DNA from: an uncultured Acidobacteriota bacterium
GTDB taxonomy: Bacteria; Acidobacteriota; Vicinamibacteria; Fen-336
Length of the DNA: 64,000 nucleotides
Reading direction: 5' to 3'
Assembly (NCBI GenBank): GCA_963742595.1
Contig: CAVUMT010000001.1
Location: forward strand, 3,946,482 to 4,010,481
Part shown: one piece after another, positions 46,188 through 58,478 of the stretch
How positions within the stretch are numbered: position 1 is the first letter of the stretch
How the letters are laid out: each line of letters starts with the position of its first letter
Program-made: the position numbers and the translations under genes
The notes under the pieces: generated by a model
The model's database searches: none
What the model was told of the DNA's origin: nothing
What the model saw: only the letters and a program-made list of their open reading frames with translations

Positions 46188-47183
46188 ATGGCATCGCCCA
46201 TCGACGCCGGCTTTCTGCGTAACTCCGACTTGTTCGAAAACCAGCCGGAAGAGGTGCTTCAGGCCGTCCTCGCCCAGGGGCTGGTGGTCGAGTTCGGTCC
46301 CGGGGACGTGGTGTTCGGCCAGGGGGAAGAGGGCGACCGGCTCTACATCGTCAAGAGCGGAGTTCTCGAGATCCTGTCCGCCCCGGTGGACGGCACCGAG
46401 GCGGTGCCCGTCGCCTACCTGGGAAAGGGCGAGGTCCTGGGAGAGCTCGCGCTCCTGACCGGCTCCCCGCGCAGCGCCACCGTCCGTTCGCCGGAGTCGG
46501 CGGAGCTCTTCGCCGTGGACAAGTCGGTCTTCATGGACCTCATGGAGACGCTGCCCCTCCTCTCGCGCAACCTCTGTATCGTCCTCGCCCGGCGCCTGGA
46601 GGCCACCACCCTGAAAGTGCCCCGGGCGGGGGGCAAGCAGCTCCAGGGCAACCTCAAATTCTTCGACCTCGCCACCGTGATCCAGACGCTGATCGGCGCG
46701 CACCAGACGGGCACCCTCGTGGTCACCCAGGAAGGCGGCAAGCACAAGATCGCGGAGATCTTCTTCTTCAAGGGGAACGTCGCCCGCGCCCGCTACAAGC
46801 AGCTCGCCGGGGACGACGCGGTCTTCCAGCTCTTCCAGAGCGCGCTCGAGGGCGAGTTCGCCTTCGCGGGCCGCCAGGTCCAGGAGGAGGAGGTCCAGAC
46901 GGACATCTCCATGCCCGCGATCTCGCTCCTCATGGAGTCGGTGCGGCTCCAGGACGAGCTGCCCGGGCTCAAGGAGAAGCTGCCGGATCCCGACCGCATG
47001 TTCCACCAGAAGTCGGGGCAGCTCCAATGGGAAGAGGCGGAGACCGTGGAGCTCGCGGCCGCGGTGTGGTCGCGCCTCAAGAAGGGGGTCTCCCTCAACG
47101 ACCTCATGCGGGACGTCCCCCGCAGCTCATACGCCATCTACCGGACGATGGTCACGCTCGTGGAGACGGGCCAGGCCGGCTAG
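46188..47183 (+). CDS. cNMP-binding domain + DUF4388 protein
   Basis: GEEGDRLYIVKSG, GELALLTGSPRSATV; LQGNLKFFDLATVIQTL..QTGTL; TATAAT at 46171-46176. Confidence 0.85.
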   Translation: MASPIDAGFLRNSDLFENQPEEVLQAVLAQGLVVEFGPGDVVFGQGEEGDRLYIVKSGVLEILSAPVDGTEAVPVAYLGKGEVLGELALLTGSPRSATVRSPESAELFAVDKSVFMDLMETLPLLSRNLCIVLARRLEATTLKVPRAGGKQLQGNLKFFDLATVIQTLIGAHQTGTLVVTQEGGKHKIAEIFFFKGNVARARYKQLAGDDAVFQLFQSALEGEFAFAGRQVQEEEVQTDISMPAISLLMESVRLQDELPGLKEKLPDPDRMFHQKSGQLQWEEAETVELAAAVWSRLKKGVSLNDLMRDVPRSSYAIYRTMVTLVETGQAG

Positions 47184-47680
47184 ATTCGGGTCGACTCCCG
47201 GATGAGCTGGCGCAGGCGCGCGCCCTCCTCCTCCGCTTCGTCGAGCTCGGCGGAGATGCGCGTCATCTGCTGACGCTTGGCCAGGAAGAGGAAGTTCGCC
47301 ACCTCGAGCAGGAGGGCGGTGATGAGGGCGACGACCGCGGCGCTGCCGATCAGCTCGCCGCTCAGGGGGGCGCTCTTGAACCCCAGCTGGTAGAGCAGGT
47401 ACGCGACACCGATGCCGATGCCGTTCGCCCCGATCCCCAGGCTCGCACGGGCGTGGGCGAGCTCTGACTCCAGACGATGAACCAGGTGCTCGTTCTGGGT
47501 CAGCGAGTCCTTGAGCGGTGCTATGTCCGCGAGGACGAGCCGCAGGCGGTCGCCCCGGACCACCTTGTGCTTCGTTCCGCAAGCCCCGCACTTGATGTGG
47601 TCCCCGTGGGCGTAGCTGCTCGGAACCGCGACGTCGACGCGGCAGTAGACGCACCGGACGGTGGGAACGTCCTGGGCCAT
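47180..47680 (-). CDS. Zinc-ribbon + coiled-coil + 2-TM protein
   Basis: CVYC-x17-CGAC, then coiled coil, two hydrophobic segments and a C-terminal coil. Confidence 0.65.
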   Translation of the reverse strand: MAQDVPTVRCVYCRVDVAVPSSYAHGDHIKCGACGTKHKVVRGDRLRLVLADIAPLKDSLTQNEHLVHRLESELAHARASLGIGANGIGIGVAYLLYQLGFKSAPLSGELIGSAAVVALITALLLEVANFLFLAKRQQMTRISAELDEAEEEGARLRQLIRESTRI

Positions 47681-47764
47681 TGGTATCAGGGCTCGCCCTG
47701 AAGAGTAGCAAAAGCAGCGACGATCGAACAAGTTCCCGTCGCGCCAGACGGGGGAGCCTAATAC

Positions 47765-47785
47765 TTGATTTTTTCGTAAAGATTA
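47765..47785 (+). promoter_or_regulatory. Candidate Rrf2/IscR-type operator upstream of sufB
   Basis: TTGATTTTTTCGTAAAGATTA; 16/21 identical to the motif upstream of sufC. Confidence 0.5.
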
Positions 47786-47819
47786 ACTAAGGTCGAGGTC
47801 GGGAGAGTCGGGAAGGACC

Positions 47820-49264
<1,445 letters not shown>

Positions 49265-49268
<4 letters not shown>

Positions 49269-50494
49269 CGCGCCGCCTCCCGCCGCTCCAGCCAGGGAAG
49301 GCTCGCCGCCCACAGGACCAACGGAAGCAGGGTGGCAAGAGCCGCCGCGAACACCGCGGGACGCAGCCCCGCCGCGTCCACGGTGAGCCCCCACGCGATC
49401 GAGAACAGCATTCCCGCGAGGTTGGCGTTCACGAGGTCGAGGGCGGAGAGACGGCCGAGCAGCCGGTCGGGAACGCCCTTCTGCAGGATGATCGTGCTGA
49501 ACGTCCAGTTGGCGGAGCCGCCCATCCCGCGCAGGAAGAGGGCCGCTCCCGCCGCGAGCAGGCTGCCCGCCGCCCAAAGCGCGAAGAGCGCCACCGACAG
49601 GAGGGCCGAGCTCACTACGATGAGCCGCCGCATCCGGCGCACGGATCCGTCGTTCAAGCGGTCGAGGATGAGGGGCCCCGCGATCGAGCCCAGGCCGAAG
49701 GCGGCGCACAGGAACCCGACCGAGAAGGCGCCCCCCTCGCCGACCGCGAAGACCCGCGTGGCAAAGAGCACGATGAAGATCTCGACGGCGGCCACGCCGT
49801 TGGCGACCTTGACGAGCGCCACCGCCCCGATCTCCGGATGCTCGAAGGCCCACGCGACGCCCTGGCGAAAAGCCGGGCGGGGCTCCCGAGCGGCTTCAGG
49901 AGCGACCCGCGGCGGAGAGCGGATCGCGACGATGAGGCCGGCGGAGGCCAGGAAGGTCAGGGCGTCGATGACGAAGGCGGTTGGCAAGCCGACGCGGCTC
50001 AGCACCGCCCCCCCGAGGAGGCCGCCCGCCGCGAGCATCACGGACCAGGTCACGCTCGACAGCGTGGTCGCGGTCACGAGCTGGTGCGGCTCCACGAGGC
50101 GGGGCACGAGCGCCGAGCGCGCGGTCTCGAAGACGGACGCGAGCGCGAAGTGGACGAGGGCGAGGGCGAGGACGACCGGGGGGCGGTGCGCCTGCGCCGC
50201 GGGAATGAGCAGGAGGACGACGCCCACCCGCGCGAGGTCGCTCAGGACGAGCAGGCGCTTGCGGTCGAAGCGATCGGCGAGGACGCCGCTCCAGGGACCC
50301 ACGAGCACCCAGGGCACCATCTGGGCGAGGGCGATGCCGCTCACGGCCAGTCCCGAGCCGCCGCTGTCCCCGGCCACGAGTACGGACAGGGCGATCACGG
50401 TGAACCAGTCGCCGGTGAGGCTGACCACCTGGGCGGCCCAGAGCCGGCGAAAGGCGGGGTTGCTCCGCAACAGGGCCGCGATGGCGGCGAGCAC
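49265..50494 (-). CDS. MFS transporter (DHA3/H+ antiporter-like)
   Basis: [29 protein letters not shown], 12-TM pattern. Confidence 0.88.
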
Positions 50495-50653
50495 CGCGGC
50501 ATCTTAGTTCGACGGCTCCTCCAGGGTCGTGTCGACCCCGCTCGCCGTCCGGTCTATACTCTCGCCTCCGCGCGCAGCGCGTCGGCGCGTCCGGGATCCA
50601 GGGACCGGGCGAGCGCCTCGTGACCAGGGCCTACAACCGGGAGGACACGACGC

Positions 50654-52264
50654 ATGTCCGGTTACAAGGTGCGGATCGGAGACGGGAGCGAGATCGGACC
50701 CTTGGACCTCGCCGCCCTCCGGACCTGGCTCGCCCAGGGGCTGATCGACGGCGACAGCCCCGTTCTCCCGCCCGGCTCCAAGCGGTGGTCGACGCTCGGC
50801 GAGATCCCGGAGCTCCAGGGGCTGGTCTCCCAGGCCCCCATCACCATCGGGAAGTCCAGGGGAAGGAAGGCGAGCCGCGCCCCGGTGGTGGAGAGGGAGG
50901 AGCCGGAAGACGAGGAGTACGAGGGGGGCTCGATCCTCGACGATCCCGACAAGCTGCGCGTGCGCGTCGCGGGCGCGATCTTCTTGATCGTGGCGGCCGC
51001 CGTGGGATTCCTGGCCTTCCGCCCGGAGAACGCGCCGGCCGACCTCGACGGCGCCCCCTGGACGGAGATCGCCCTCGGGCTGCTCGTCTGCTCGCTCGTC
51101 CTGCTGCCGGGCTGGGACTTCGGCCGGAAGCTCGTGCGCGTCCTCGCCGTGCTCGCCGCGGTGGCCCTGTTCCCGGTGACGGGCATCCTCTTCGCGCAGG
51201 GGGTCCGGGGAGCGGCCCTTTTCGCGATCGGATCCGTGTGGCTGATGCTCACCGGGTTCATCGTCTTCCTCGGCTCCTGGCTGTCCTGGGCGAAGATGAT
51301 CGTGGTCCTCGTACCCATCCTCGCGGGCGCCTACGGTGCCTTCCACTTCGGCTTCTCTCCCGAGACGACGGCGCAGCGCGAGGTCCGCTCCTGGGCCGCC
51401 GCGGAGACGCGCTTCGAGGACCCGACGCTCGGCGTCACGCTCGACCCGCCTTCGGGCTGGATCCTCCTCAAGAAGGGCAACCCGTTCGTGAAGGTCCCTC
51501 CCGAGGCGCGGGCGGTGTTCGCGCAGCCTCGGCTCTCCGGCTTCGCCTTCCTCCAGTCCGAGAGCTCCCCCCAGAAGATCGCAAGCCTCGACCAGTACCT
51601 GAGCCGCTTCATGAGCGCGCGCTCGAAGACGACCCCGTCGCTCAAGGAGCAGGAAAGGTCGGACGTGACGATCGGCCAGCTCACCGCCCGCAAGACCGTG
51701 GCCACCTGGGACGACGGGGGCGTGCCCCAGCAGGACACGAGCGTCGTGTGGCGCGACGGCTGGGTGTACTTCGCCCTCGCCGCCTGGGCCCCCGCGGAGG
51801 GAGCGGCCCGGCCCCAGATGCTCGACCGGCTCGCGGAGGGCGTCCGCACCCAGGGTGTCTTCGCGGCGCGCCTCCAGTCCGCGGTGCAGGCGGTGACCCG
51901 CGACGTCCCCCAGCTCACCGCGCCCGCCGCGGAGATGCTCATGGCCCAGAGCGAGGCCAAGGTGCTGGAGTCGGACCAGGCGTTCCGGCGCTCCCTGGAC
52001 GCGCTGTCGCGGGCGATCCCGAGCCTCTCGAAGAGCGAAACGCAGGACCTCTCCCAGATCACGACCGCCACCTATGCGGCGCTTCCCTGGAAGGATCGCG
52101 GCCGCCTCGCCGCCTACGTGGACCGCGTGCGGAACCGCGAGTCGACGACGCCCGGGGAGGACAAGGAGATGGGACAGCTCATGAAATCCGCGGTCCAGCA
52201 GCTCCCCCCCATGCAGCGGCTTCGCCTCCAGGCCCTTTACGAAAAGGCCATTCGCGGGTCGTAG
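50654..52264 (+). CDS. Hypothetical membrane protein with N-terminal GYF_2-like domain
   Basis: IGPLDLAALRTWLAQGLI..V..G...W; acidic linker; about five TMs; C-terminal soluble domain. Confidence 0.6.
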   Translation: MSGYKVRIGDGSEIGPLDLAALRTWLAQGLIDGDSPVLPPGSKRWSTLGEIPELQGLVSQAPITIGKSRGRKASRAPVVEREEPEDEEYEGGSILDDPDKLRVRVAGAIFLIVAAAVGFLAFRPENAPADLDGAPWTEIALGLLVCSLVLLPGWDFGRKLVRVLAVLAAVALFPVTGILFAQGVRGAALFAIGSVWLMLTGFIVFLGSWLSWAKMIVVLVPILAGAYGAFHFGFSPETTAQREVRSWAAAETRFEDPTLGVTLDPPSGWILLKKGNPFVKVPPEARAVFAQPRLSGFAFLQSESSPQKIASLDQYLSRFMSARSKTTPSLKEQERSDVTIGQLTARKTVATWDDGGVPQQDTSVVWRDGWVYFALAAWAPAEGAARPQMLDRLAEGVRTQGVFAARLQSAVQAVTRDVPQLTAPAAEMLMAQSEAKVLESDQAFRRSLDALSRAIPSLSKSETQDLSQITTATYAALPWKDRGRLAAYVDRVRNRESTTPGEDKEMGQLMKSAVQQLPPMQRLRLQALYEKAIRGS

Positions 52265-52328
52265 AGGGTGACGCGCGTCCCCGGGCTGGCAGCCCCCTAA
52301 CCGCATCTTCCAAGCCGAGTTCCGAACA

Positions 52329-52356
52329 TTGACTATTTCGTACGGTTTAGTAGACT
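52329..52356 (+). promoter_or_regulatory. Sigma-70 promoter of sufCDSU overlapping candidate Rrf2 operator
   Basis: TTGACT-N16-TAGACT; TTGACTATTTCGTACGGTTTA matches the sufB motif. Confidence 0.55.
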
Positions 52357-52411
52357 GAGGTGTCGAAAGCGGGCGCACCACCCCCGAAGCACGACGAAAG
52401 TGACCCACCCC

Positions 52412-53176
52412 ATGCTCGAAATCCGGAATCTCCACGCGAAGGCGGGCGACAAGGACATCCTGCGCGGCCTCGACCTCGAGGTGGGGGCGGGTGAGGTCCA
52501 CGCGATCATGGGACCGAACGGGTCCGGAAAGAGCACGCTCGCCCACGTCCTCGCGGGACGTCCGGGGTACACGGTCACCGAGGGGTCGGTCCTCTACCGG
52601 GGACGCGACCTCCTCGCGATGTCCCCGGAGGAGCGCGCGCGGGAAGGCGTATTCCTGGCCTTCCAGTACCCGGTGGAGATCCCCGGGGTCAGCAACGTCT
52701 ACTTCCTGAAGGCGGCGACCAACGCGATCCGCAAGCACCGCGGCCAACCCGAGCTCGACGCGATGGACTTCCTGACCCTCGTCAAGGAGAAGGCCCGCGT
52801 CGTGGAGATCGACGAGGCGCTCGTGAAGCGGCCGGTGAACGAGGGCTTCTCCGGCGGGGAGAAGAAGAGGAACGAGATCTTCCAGATGGCGGTGCTCGAG
52901 CCCGCGCTCGCCATCCTCGACGAGACCGACTCCGGCCTCGACATCGACGCCCTCCGCATCGTCGCCTCCGGCGTGAACCGCCTGCGCGGCCCGGAGCGGG
53001 CGATGCTGGTCATCACCCACTACCAGCGCCTGCTGAACTACATCGTCCCGGACTTCGTGCACGTGCTCGTGGAGGGGCGGATCGTCCGCTCCGGCGGCAA
53101 GGAGATGGCGCTCGCGCTCGACGAGAAGGGCTACGCCTGGCTCGAGAAGGAGCCGGCTCCCGCGAGCGTGAAATGA
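52412..53176 (+). CDS. sufC: Fe-S cluster assembly ATPase SufC
   Basis: GPNGSGKST, FQYPVEIPGV, NEGFSGGEKKRNE, LDETDSGLDIDAL. Confidence 0.97.
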   Translation: MLEIRNLHAKAGDKDILRGLDLEVGAGEVHAIMGPNGSGKSTLAHVLAGRPGYTVTEGSVLYRGRDLLAMSPEERAREGVFLAFQYPVEIPGVSNVYFLKAATNAIRKHRGQPELDAMDFLTLVKEKARVVEIDEALVKRPVNEGFSGGEKKRNEIFQMAVLEPALAILDETDSGLDIDALRIVASGVNRLRGPERAMLVITHYQRLLNYIVPDFVHVLVEGRIVRSGGKEMALALDEKGYAWLEKEPAPASVK

Positions 53177-54513
53177 GCCTCGGCACGACCGCGCGTGCGG
53201 CCGATCCCAAGGACGTCCTGCGGGCGAGCTTCGACCGGTTCGCCCGGGGGCGGGGTTCGAACGACGCCCCCTGGCTGGCCGTCCTGCGCACGGGGGCCAT
53301 GGCCCGGTTCGCCGAGAGCGGCTTTCCCACCACGCGTGACGAGGCCTGGAGGCACACGAACGTGGGCCCCCTCGCCCGCACCGCGTTCCGGGCCGCGGAA
53401 GCGGACGCTCGGCTCGAGGGGGCGGCTCCCCTCGCGGGCTTCCCGGGGCCCCAGGCGGTGTTCGTCGACGGCCGCTTCTCGGCGGAGCGCTCGTCGCTCG
53501 CCTCGCTTCCTGCGGGAGTCGAGGTCGCGAGCCTCCGGCACACGCTCGCCCGCGAGCCGCGGCGGCTGGAGCCGCTCCTCGGACGCGTGTCGGGCCCGGG
53601 AAAGCCCTTCGCCGACCTGAACACCGCCTTCCTCGAGGACGGAGCGGTCGTCTTCCTCGCGGAGAAGGTCGTGGCCCCGGACCCGATCCAGATCGCGTTC
53701 CTCATGTCCCGCCACGAGGACACGCCCGTCGTCTCCTATCCACGTGTCCTCGTGGCGGCGGGCCCGCGAAGCGAATCGAGGATCGTCGAGTACTACGCCG
53801 GCCCCGCGGACGAGACCTACTTCACGAATGCCGTGACCGAGATCTCGGTGGGAGAGGGCGCGTTCGTGCAGCACTACTTGCTCCAGACAGAGAGCCGTTC
53901 GGCCTACCACGTGCATTCCGTGACGGCGACCCTGGACCGCGGAGCGCGCTTTGCCAACCACTCGGTATCCCTGGGAGGGGCGCTGTCCCGGACCGACATC
54001 GACGTGCGATTCGGCGGCGAAGGCGGCGAATGCTCCCTCGACGGGCTCTTCGTGGTGGACGGCCGGCGGCACGCGGACACCCACACCCTCATCGACCACG
54101 CGAGCCCCCGCTGCTCGAGCCGCGAGCTCTACAAGGGGATCGTGGACGGCGGAGGGCGCGGCGTCTTCGACGGAACGATCGTGGTGCGCAAGGACGCGCA
54201 GAAGACCGACGCCGCCCAGTCCAACAAGAACATTCTTCTTTCGCGGGGTGCGCTCGTGCACAGCACGCCGCGGCTCGAGATCTTCGCGGACGACGTCAAG
54301 TGCAAGCACGGCTCCACCACCGGGCAACTCGACGAGGCCGCCCTCTTCTACCTGCGCTCGCGGGGGATCTCCGAGGCGGCGGCGCGCAGCCTGCTCGTCC
54401 ACGCCTTCGCGAGCGACATCGTGGGGCGCGTGGGGGTGGAGGCGGTGCGGCGGGCGGTGGAGGCGGAGCTCGCGGCGCTCCTGCCCGGGCGACCGGAGGA
54501 GGCGGTGGCGTGA
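53173..54513 (+). CDS. sufD: Fe-S cluster assembly protein SufD
   Basis: FPTTRDEAWRHT, LNTAF..DG, P.LEIFADDVKC.HGST.GQLDE..LFYLRSRGI. Confidence 0.95.
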   Translation: MSLGTTARAADPKDVLRASFDRFARGRGSNDAPWLAVLRTGAMARFAESGFPTTRDEAWRHTNVGPLARTAFRAAEADARLEGAAPLAGFPGPQAVFVDGRFSAERSSLASLPAGVEVASLRHTLAREPRRLEPLLGRVSGPGKPFADLNTAFLEDGAVVFLAEKVVAPDPIQIAFLMSRHEDTPVVSYPRVLVAAGPRSESRIVEYYAGPADETYFTNAVTEISVGEGAFVQHYLLQTESRSAYHVHSVTATLDRGARFANHSVSLGGALSRTDIDVRFGGEGGECSLDGLFVVDGRRHADTHTLIDHASPRCSSRELYKGIVDGGGRGVFDGTIVVRKDAQKTDAAQSNKNILLSRGALVHSTPRLEIFADDVKCKHGSTTGQLDEAALFYLRSRGISEAAARSLLVHAFASDIVGRVGVEAVRRAVEAELAALLPGRPEEAVA

Positions 54514-55763
54514 GCGCCGAGCGAGCGGTGGGGGCCCGGTCCGGCTACGACGTGGAGGCGGTGCGCCGTGATTTCCCGATCCTGGAGACGACCGTGCACG
54601 GACGCCCGCTCGTCTACCTCGACAACGCGGCGAGCGCCCAGAAGCCCCGGGCGGTGATCGAGGCGGAGAAAACACTCTACGAGCGCTACTACTCGAACAT
54701 CCACCGCGGCGTGCACCAGCTCTCCGTCCTCTCCACCGACGCCTACGAGAAGGCGCGGACGACCGCCCAGCGCTTCCTGAACGCCCGGGAGAGCCGCGAG
54801 ATCCTCTTCGTGCGGAGCACGACCGAGGCGATCAACCTCGTGGCCCAGACCTGGGGCCGGAAGAACGTGGGCGCGGGCGACGAGGTCCTCATCTCCGCCC
54901 TCGAGCACCACTCGAACATCGTGCCCTGGCAGATGCTCTGCGAGGAGAAGGGCGCTCTCCTGAAGGTGGCTCCCATCGACGACGACGGGGCGATCGACCT
55001 CGAGGCCTACGAGCGGCTGCTCTCCCCACGCACGAAGATCGTTTCGCTCGCCCACGTTTCGAACGCCCTCGGCACCATCAACCCCATCCAGGAGATGACC
55101 GGCCCTCGCCCACGCCCAGGGTGCGGTGGTGATGATCGACGGGGCGCAGGGAGCCCCCCACGTGCCCCTGGACGTGGTGGCCCTCGACACGCGACTTCTA
55201 CGCGTTCTCGGGGCACAAGGTCTACGGGCCCTCGGGGATCGGCGTGCTGCACGGCAAGGCCGCGCTCCTCGAGGCGATGCCTCCCTGGCAGGGCGGGGGC
55301 GACATGATCGCGTCCGTGACGTTCGAGAAGACGACCTACAACGTCCTTCCCCACAAGTTCGAAGCGGGCACCCCGAACATCGCGGGCACGATCGGGCTCG
55401 GGGCCGCCCTCGACTACGTGACCGGCCTCGGTGTCGAGGCCATCGGCGAACCACGAGCACGAGCTGCTCGTGTACGGGACGAAGCTCCTCTCCGAGATTC
55501 CGGGGCTGCGCCTCGTGGGCACCGCGAAGGAGAAGGCGGGCGTCCTCTCCTTCGTGCTCGACGGGATCCACCCCCACGACATCGGCACCGTCCTCGACTA
55601 CGAGGGGATCGCGGTGCGCACCGGGCACCACTGCGCGCAGCCGGTGATGGATCGCTACGGCCTGCCCGCCACCGCCCGCGCCTCCCTCGCCTGCTTCAAC
55701 ACGCGCGGGGAGCTCGACGCTCTCGTCGCGGGGATCCGCCGGGTCCAGGAGATGTTCCGATGA
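54510..55763 (+). CDS. sufS: SufS cysteine desulfurase (frameshifts ~55105, ~55190, ~55450)
   Basis: [42 protein letters not shown]. Confidence 0.93.
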
Positions 55764-56219
55764 AGTCGGATCTCCGCGAGCTCTACCAGGAGACGATCCT
55801 CGACCACTCGAAGAAGCCGCGGAACTTCCGGGAGATGCCCGAGGCCACGGGCCAGGCCCAGGGCTTCAACCCGCTCTGCGGCGACAAGGCCACCGTGTTC
55901 GTCCGGCTGGAGGACGGGGTCGTGCAGCGACGTGAGCTTCAAGGGCGCGGGCTGCTCGATCTCCACCGCGTCCGCCTCGATGATGACGGAGTCGCTCAAG
56001 GGGAAGAGCCGGACCGAGGTGGAGGCGCTCTTCGAGCGCTTCCACAGCCTGATCACGAGCGACCCCACCCGCGCCGCGGAGAACGCGGCCCCGGAGCTCG
56101 GCAAGCTCGCCGCCTTCTCCGGCGTCTCCGAGTTCCCGGTGCGCGTGAAGTGCGCCTCCCTGCCCTGGCACACGCTGAAGGCGGCGCTCCAGGGCGGGGG
56201 CGAAGCCTCGACGGAGTAG
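55760..56219 (+). CDS. sufU: SUF system NifU/SufU-family scaffold (frameshift ~55928)
   Basis: [34 protein letters not shown]. Confidence 0.92.
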
Positions 56220-56221
56220 CC

Positions 56222-56767
56222 ATGGTGGACAGGGAAGCCCGGACACTCGCCCGCGACGTGGAGGTCGCCGCCATCCCCTACGGCGACAAGCTCACGCTCA
56301 CCGCGGGCACCACCGTCTACGTGACCCAGGCCCTCGGCGGGCTCCTACACCGCCATGACGGACCGCGGCTACATGGTGCGGATCGAGGGCAAGGACGCGC
56401 GACGCCATCGGGGAAGCGGTGGTGGCGGCGCCCACCGAGGCCGACCTCGCGGGGAAGAACCTCGCAGGACCGGGCCTGGGACCAGCTCAAGACCTGCTTC
56501 GACCCGGAGATCCCCGTCAACATCGTGGACCTCGGGCTCGTCTACAAGTGCGAGGTCGCCCCCGTCGCGGAGGGGGAGAAAGTCACCGTGCACTTCACGC
56601 TCACCGCTCCGGGCTGCGGCATGGGGGACTACCTGAAGCGGGACGTCGAGCAGAAGCTGCTCGCCCTCCCCGGCGTGAAGGAGGCGGACGTCCAGGTGGT
56701 GCTGGAGCCGGCCTGGAACCAGTCGATGATGTCGGACGCGGCGCGGCTGCAGCTGGGGCTGATGTGA
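56222..56767 (+). CDS. sufT: SufT / DUF59 Fe-S maturation protein (frameshifted)
   Basis: [48 protein letters not shown]. Confidence 0.88.
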   Translation: MVDREARTLARDVEVAAIPYGDKLTLTAGTTVYVTQALGGLLHRHDGPRLHGADRGQGRATPSGKRWWRRPPRPTSRGRTSQDRAWDQLKTCFDPEIPVNIVDLGLVYKCEVAPVAEGEKVTVHFTLTAPGCGMGDYLKRDVEQKLLALPGVKEADVQVVLEPAWNQSMMSDAARLQLGLM

Positions 56768-56780
56768 ACGGGGCACCGCG

Positions 56781-57260
56781 ATGAAGCTGTCGTCTCAGGA
56801 AGAGTACGGCCTGCGCTGTCTCCTGCAGATCGCCCGGCAAGGCGATGGGGGGAGCCTCACCATCGCGGAGATGAGCCAGCGGGAGGGCATCTCCGCCCCC
56901 AACGTCGCGAAGATCATGCGCATCCTCCGCCGGGCCGGGCTCGTCCGAAGCACACGGGGGAAGGCGGGGGGCTACAGCCTCAGGACGCTCCCGCCCAGAT
57001 CCCCGTGGGCGACGCCCTGGGCGCGCTCGGGGGCCGGCTCTTCGACGCGCACCTTCTGCGACCGCCACTCCGGCGTCGAGGAGCGCTGCCTGAACAACGC
57101 CGACTGCTCGATCCGGCCCGTCCTGCGCTACGTCCAGGATGCGGTCGACCAGGTGCTCGGTCAGCTGACGCTCCAGAGCCTGCTCCGCCCCGAGCGCGAC
57201 GTCGCGGCGGCGATCGGCCTGCGCACGGTGCCTCTCAAGGTGGCTTCGCGCACGTCCTAG
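56781..57260 (+). CDS. Rrf2-family (IscR-like) regulator with three Cys (compensating frameshifts)
   Basis: EEYGLRCL, L.RAGLV.S.RG..GGY.L, C-x9-C-x5-C. Confidence 0.85.
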   Translation: MKLSSQEEYGLRCLLQIARQGDGGSLTIAEMSQREGISAPNVAKIMRILRRAGLVRSTRGKAGGYSLRTLPPRSPWATPWARSGAGSSTRTFCDRHSGVEERCLNNADCSIRPVLRYVQDAVDQVLGQLTLQSLLRPERDVAAAIGLRTVPLKVASRTS

Positions 57261-57331
57261 CCGCGCGTTGCGCGTTGCCATCGCCGGACCTACACTCCGT
57301 CCGTCCGGCCGCTCCGAAAAAGGGAGAACCC

Positions 57332-58462
57332 ATGCGCGCTCCGCTGTCCCGTCGAGCCTTCGCGTCGAGCCTCGGCGCCGGCTTCGTCGCTCTCGCCCGC
57401 CCCGGCGCGAATGGCGCCGTCCTCGGGGCGCCCCCGACGGCCTTGGCCCCCCCGGCTCCCTACATCGGCCTCGACTCCAACGAGAACCCCTACGGTCCGT
57501 CCGCGCTCGCCATGAAAGCACTCGCCCCCTCCCCTTCCGCCGCCGCCCGCTACCCGGACGCGGGCGAGGATGAGGTGCGCGCGGCCCTCGCGCGCCTCCA
57601 TGGGGTGGCGGTCGAGCAGGTCGTGCTGGGGTGCGGCTCGACCGAGGTGCTGAAGATGGCGGCCTCCGCGTTCCTGGGGCCGGACAAGCGGATCGTCGCG
57701 GCCGAGCCGACGTTCGAGGCCGTGCTCCAGTTCGGAAAGGTGTGCCGGTCGGAAGCGGTCAAGGTCCCTCTCGATTCCGGCTACCGCCACGACCTGGACG
57801 CCATGGCGCGGGCCTGCGACGGCGGAGTGGGACTCGTCTACGTCTGCAACCCCAACAACCCCACGGGCACGGTGGTGGGCGGTGCCGTGCTCGAGGCCTT
57901 CCTGAAGCGCGTCCCCGCGGAGACGGTCGTCCTCGTGGACGAGGCCTACTACCACTTCGTGGAAGACCCGACCTACCGGAGCGCTCTCGAGTGGCTCGCG
58001 GTCCGTCCGAACCTCGTGATCGTGCGCACGTTCTCGAAGATCTACGGCCTCGCGGGGATGCGGCTGGGCTACGCCGTGGCCTCGAAGGAGAAGGCGGAGG
58101 CGCTCCGCGCCCAGGCGGTGTGGAGCAACGGCAACGCCTCCGTGCTCGCCGCGGCCCTCGCCTCGCTCGAGGAGCCCGCGCACGCGGAGCAGCAGCGCGC
58201 GCTGATGAACGACACGAAGCGGCGGCTCGTCGAGGAGCTCCGGAAGGACGGCCGACGCTTCATCCCCTCCGAGGCCAACTTCGTGATGATCGAGATGGGA
58301 GAGGACGTCTCTCCGCTCATCGAGGGTTTCCGGTCGCGGGGGATACGAGTGGGGCGCCGGTTCGCGGCCCTTCCCACCTTCCTTCGCATCTCCATCGGGC
58401 TCCCCGGCGAGATGGACGCCTTTCTCGCGGGGCTGCGCGCGCTCGCTCCCGCGAGAGGCTGA
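57332..58462 (+). CDS. HisC-like class I/II PLP aminotransferase with Tat-like N-terminus
   Basis: SRRAF; LDSNENPYGPS, CNPNNPTG, VDEAY, RTFSKIYGLAGMRLGY. Confidence 0.88.
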   Translation: MRAPLSRRAFASSLGAGFVALARPGANGAVLGAPPTALAPPAPYIGLDSNENPYGPSALAMKALAPSPSAAARYPDAGEDEVRAALARLHGVAVEQVVLGCGSTEVLKMAASAFLGPDKRIVAAEPTFEAVLQFGKVCRSEAVKVPLDSGYRHDLDAMARACDGGVGLVYVCNPNNPTGTVVGGAVLEAFLKRVPAETVVLVDEAYYHFVEDPTYRSALEWLAVRPNLVIVRTFSKIYGLAGMRLGYAVASKEKAEALRAQAVWSNGNASVLAAALASLEEPAHAEQQRALMNDTKRRLVEELRKDGRRFIPSEANFVMIEMGEDVSPLIEGFRSRGIRVGRRFAALPTFLRISIGLPGEMDAFLAGLRALAPARG

Positions 58463-58478
58463 CGCACCGACGAGGGCG

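Noticed and set aside
47180-47680. True LysW carrier for lysine biosynthesis
   Set aside because: No C-terminal EDWGE, it has TM helices, and no lysX/lysZ/lysY is nearby.
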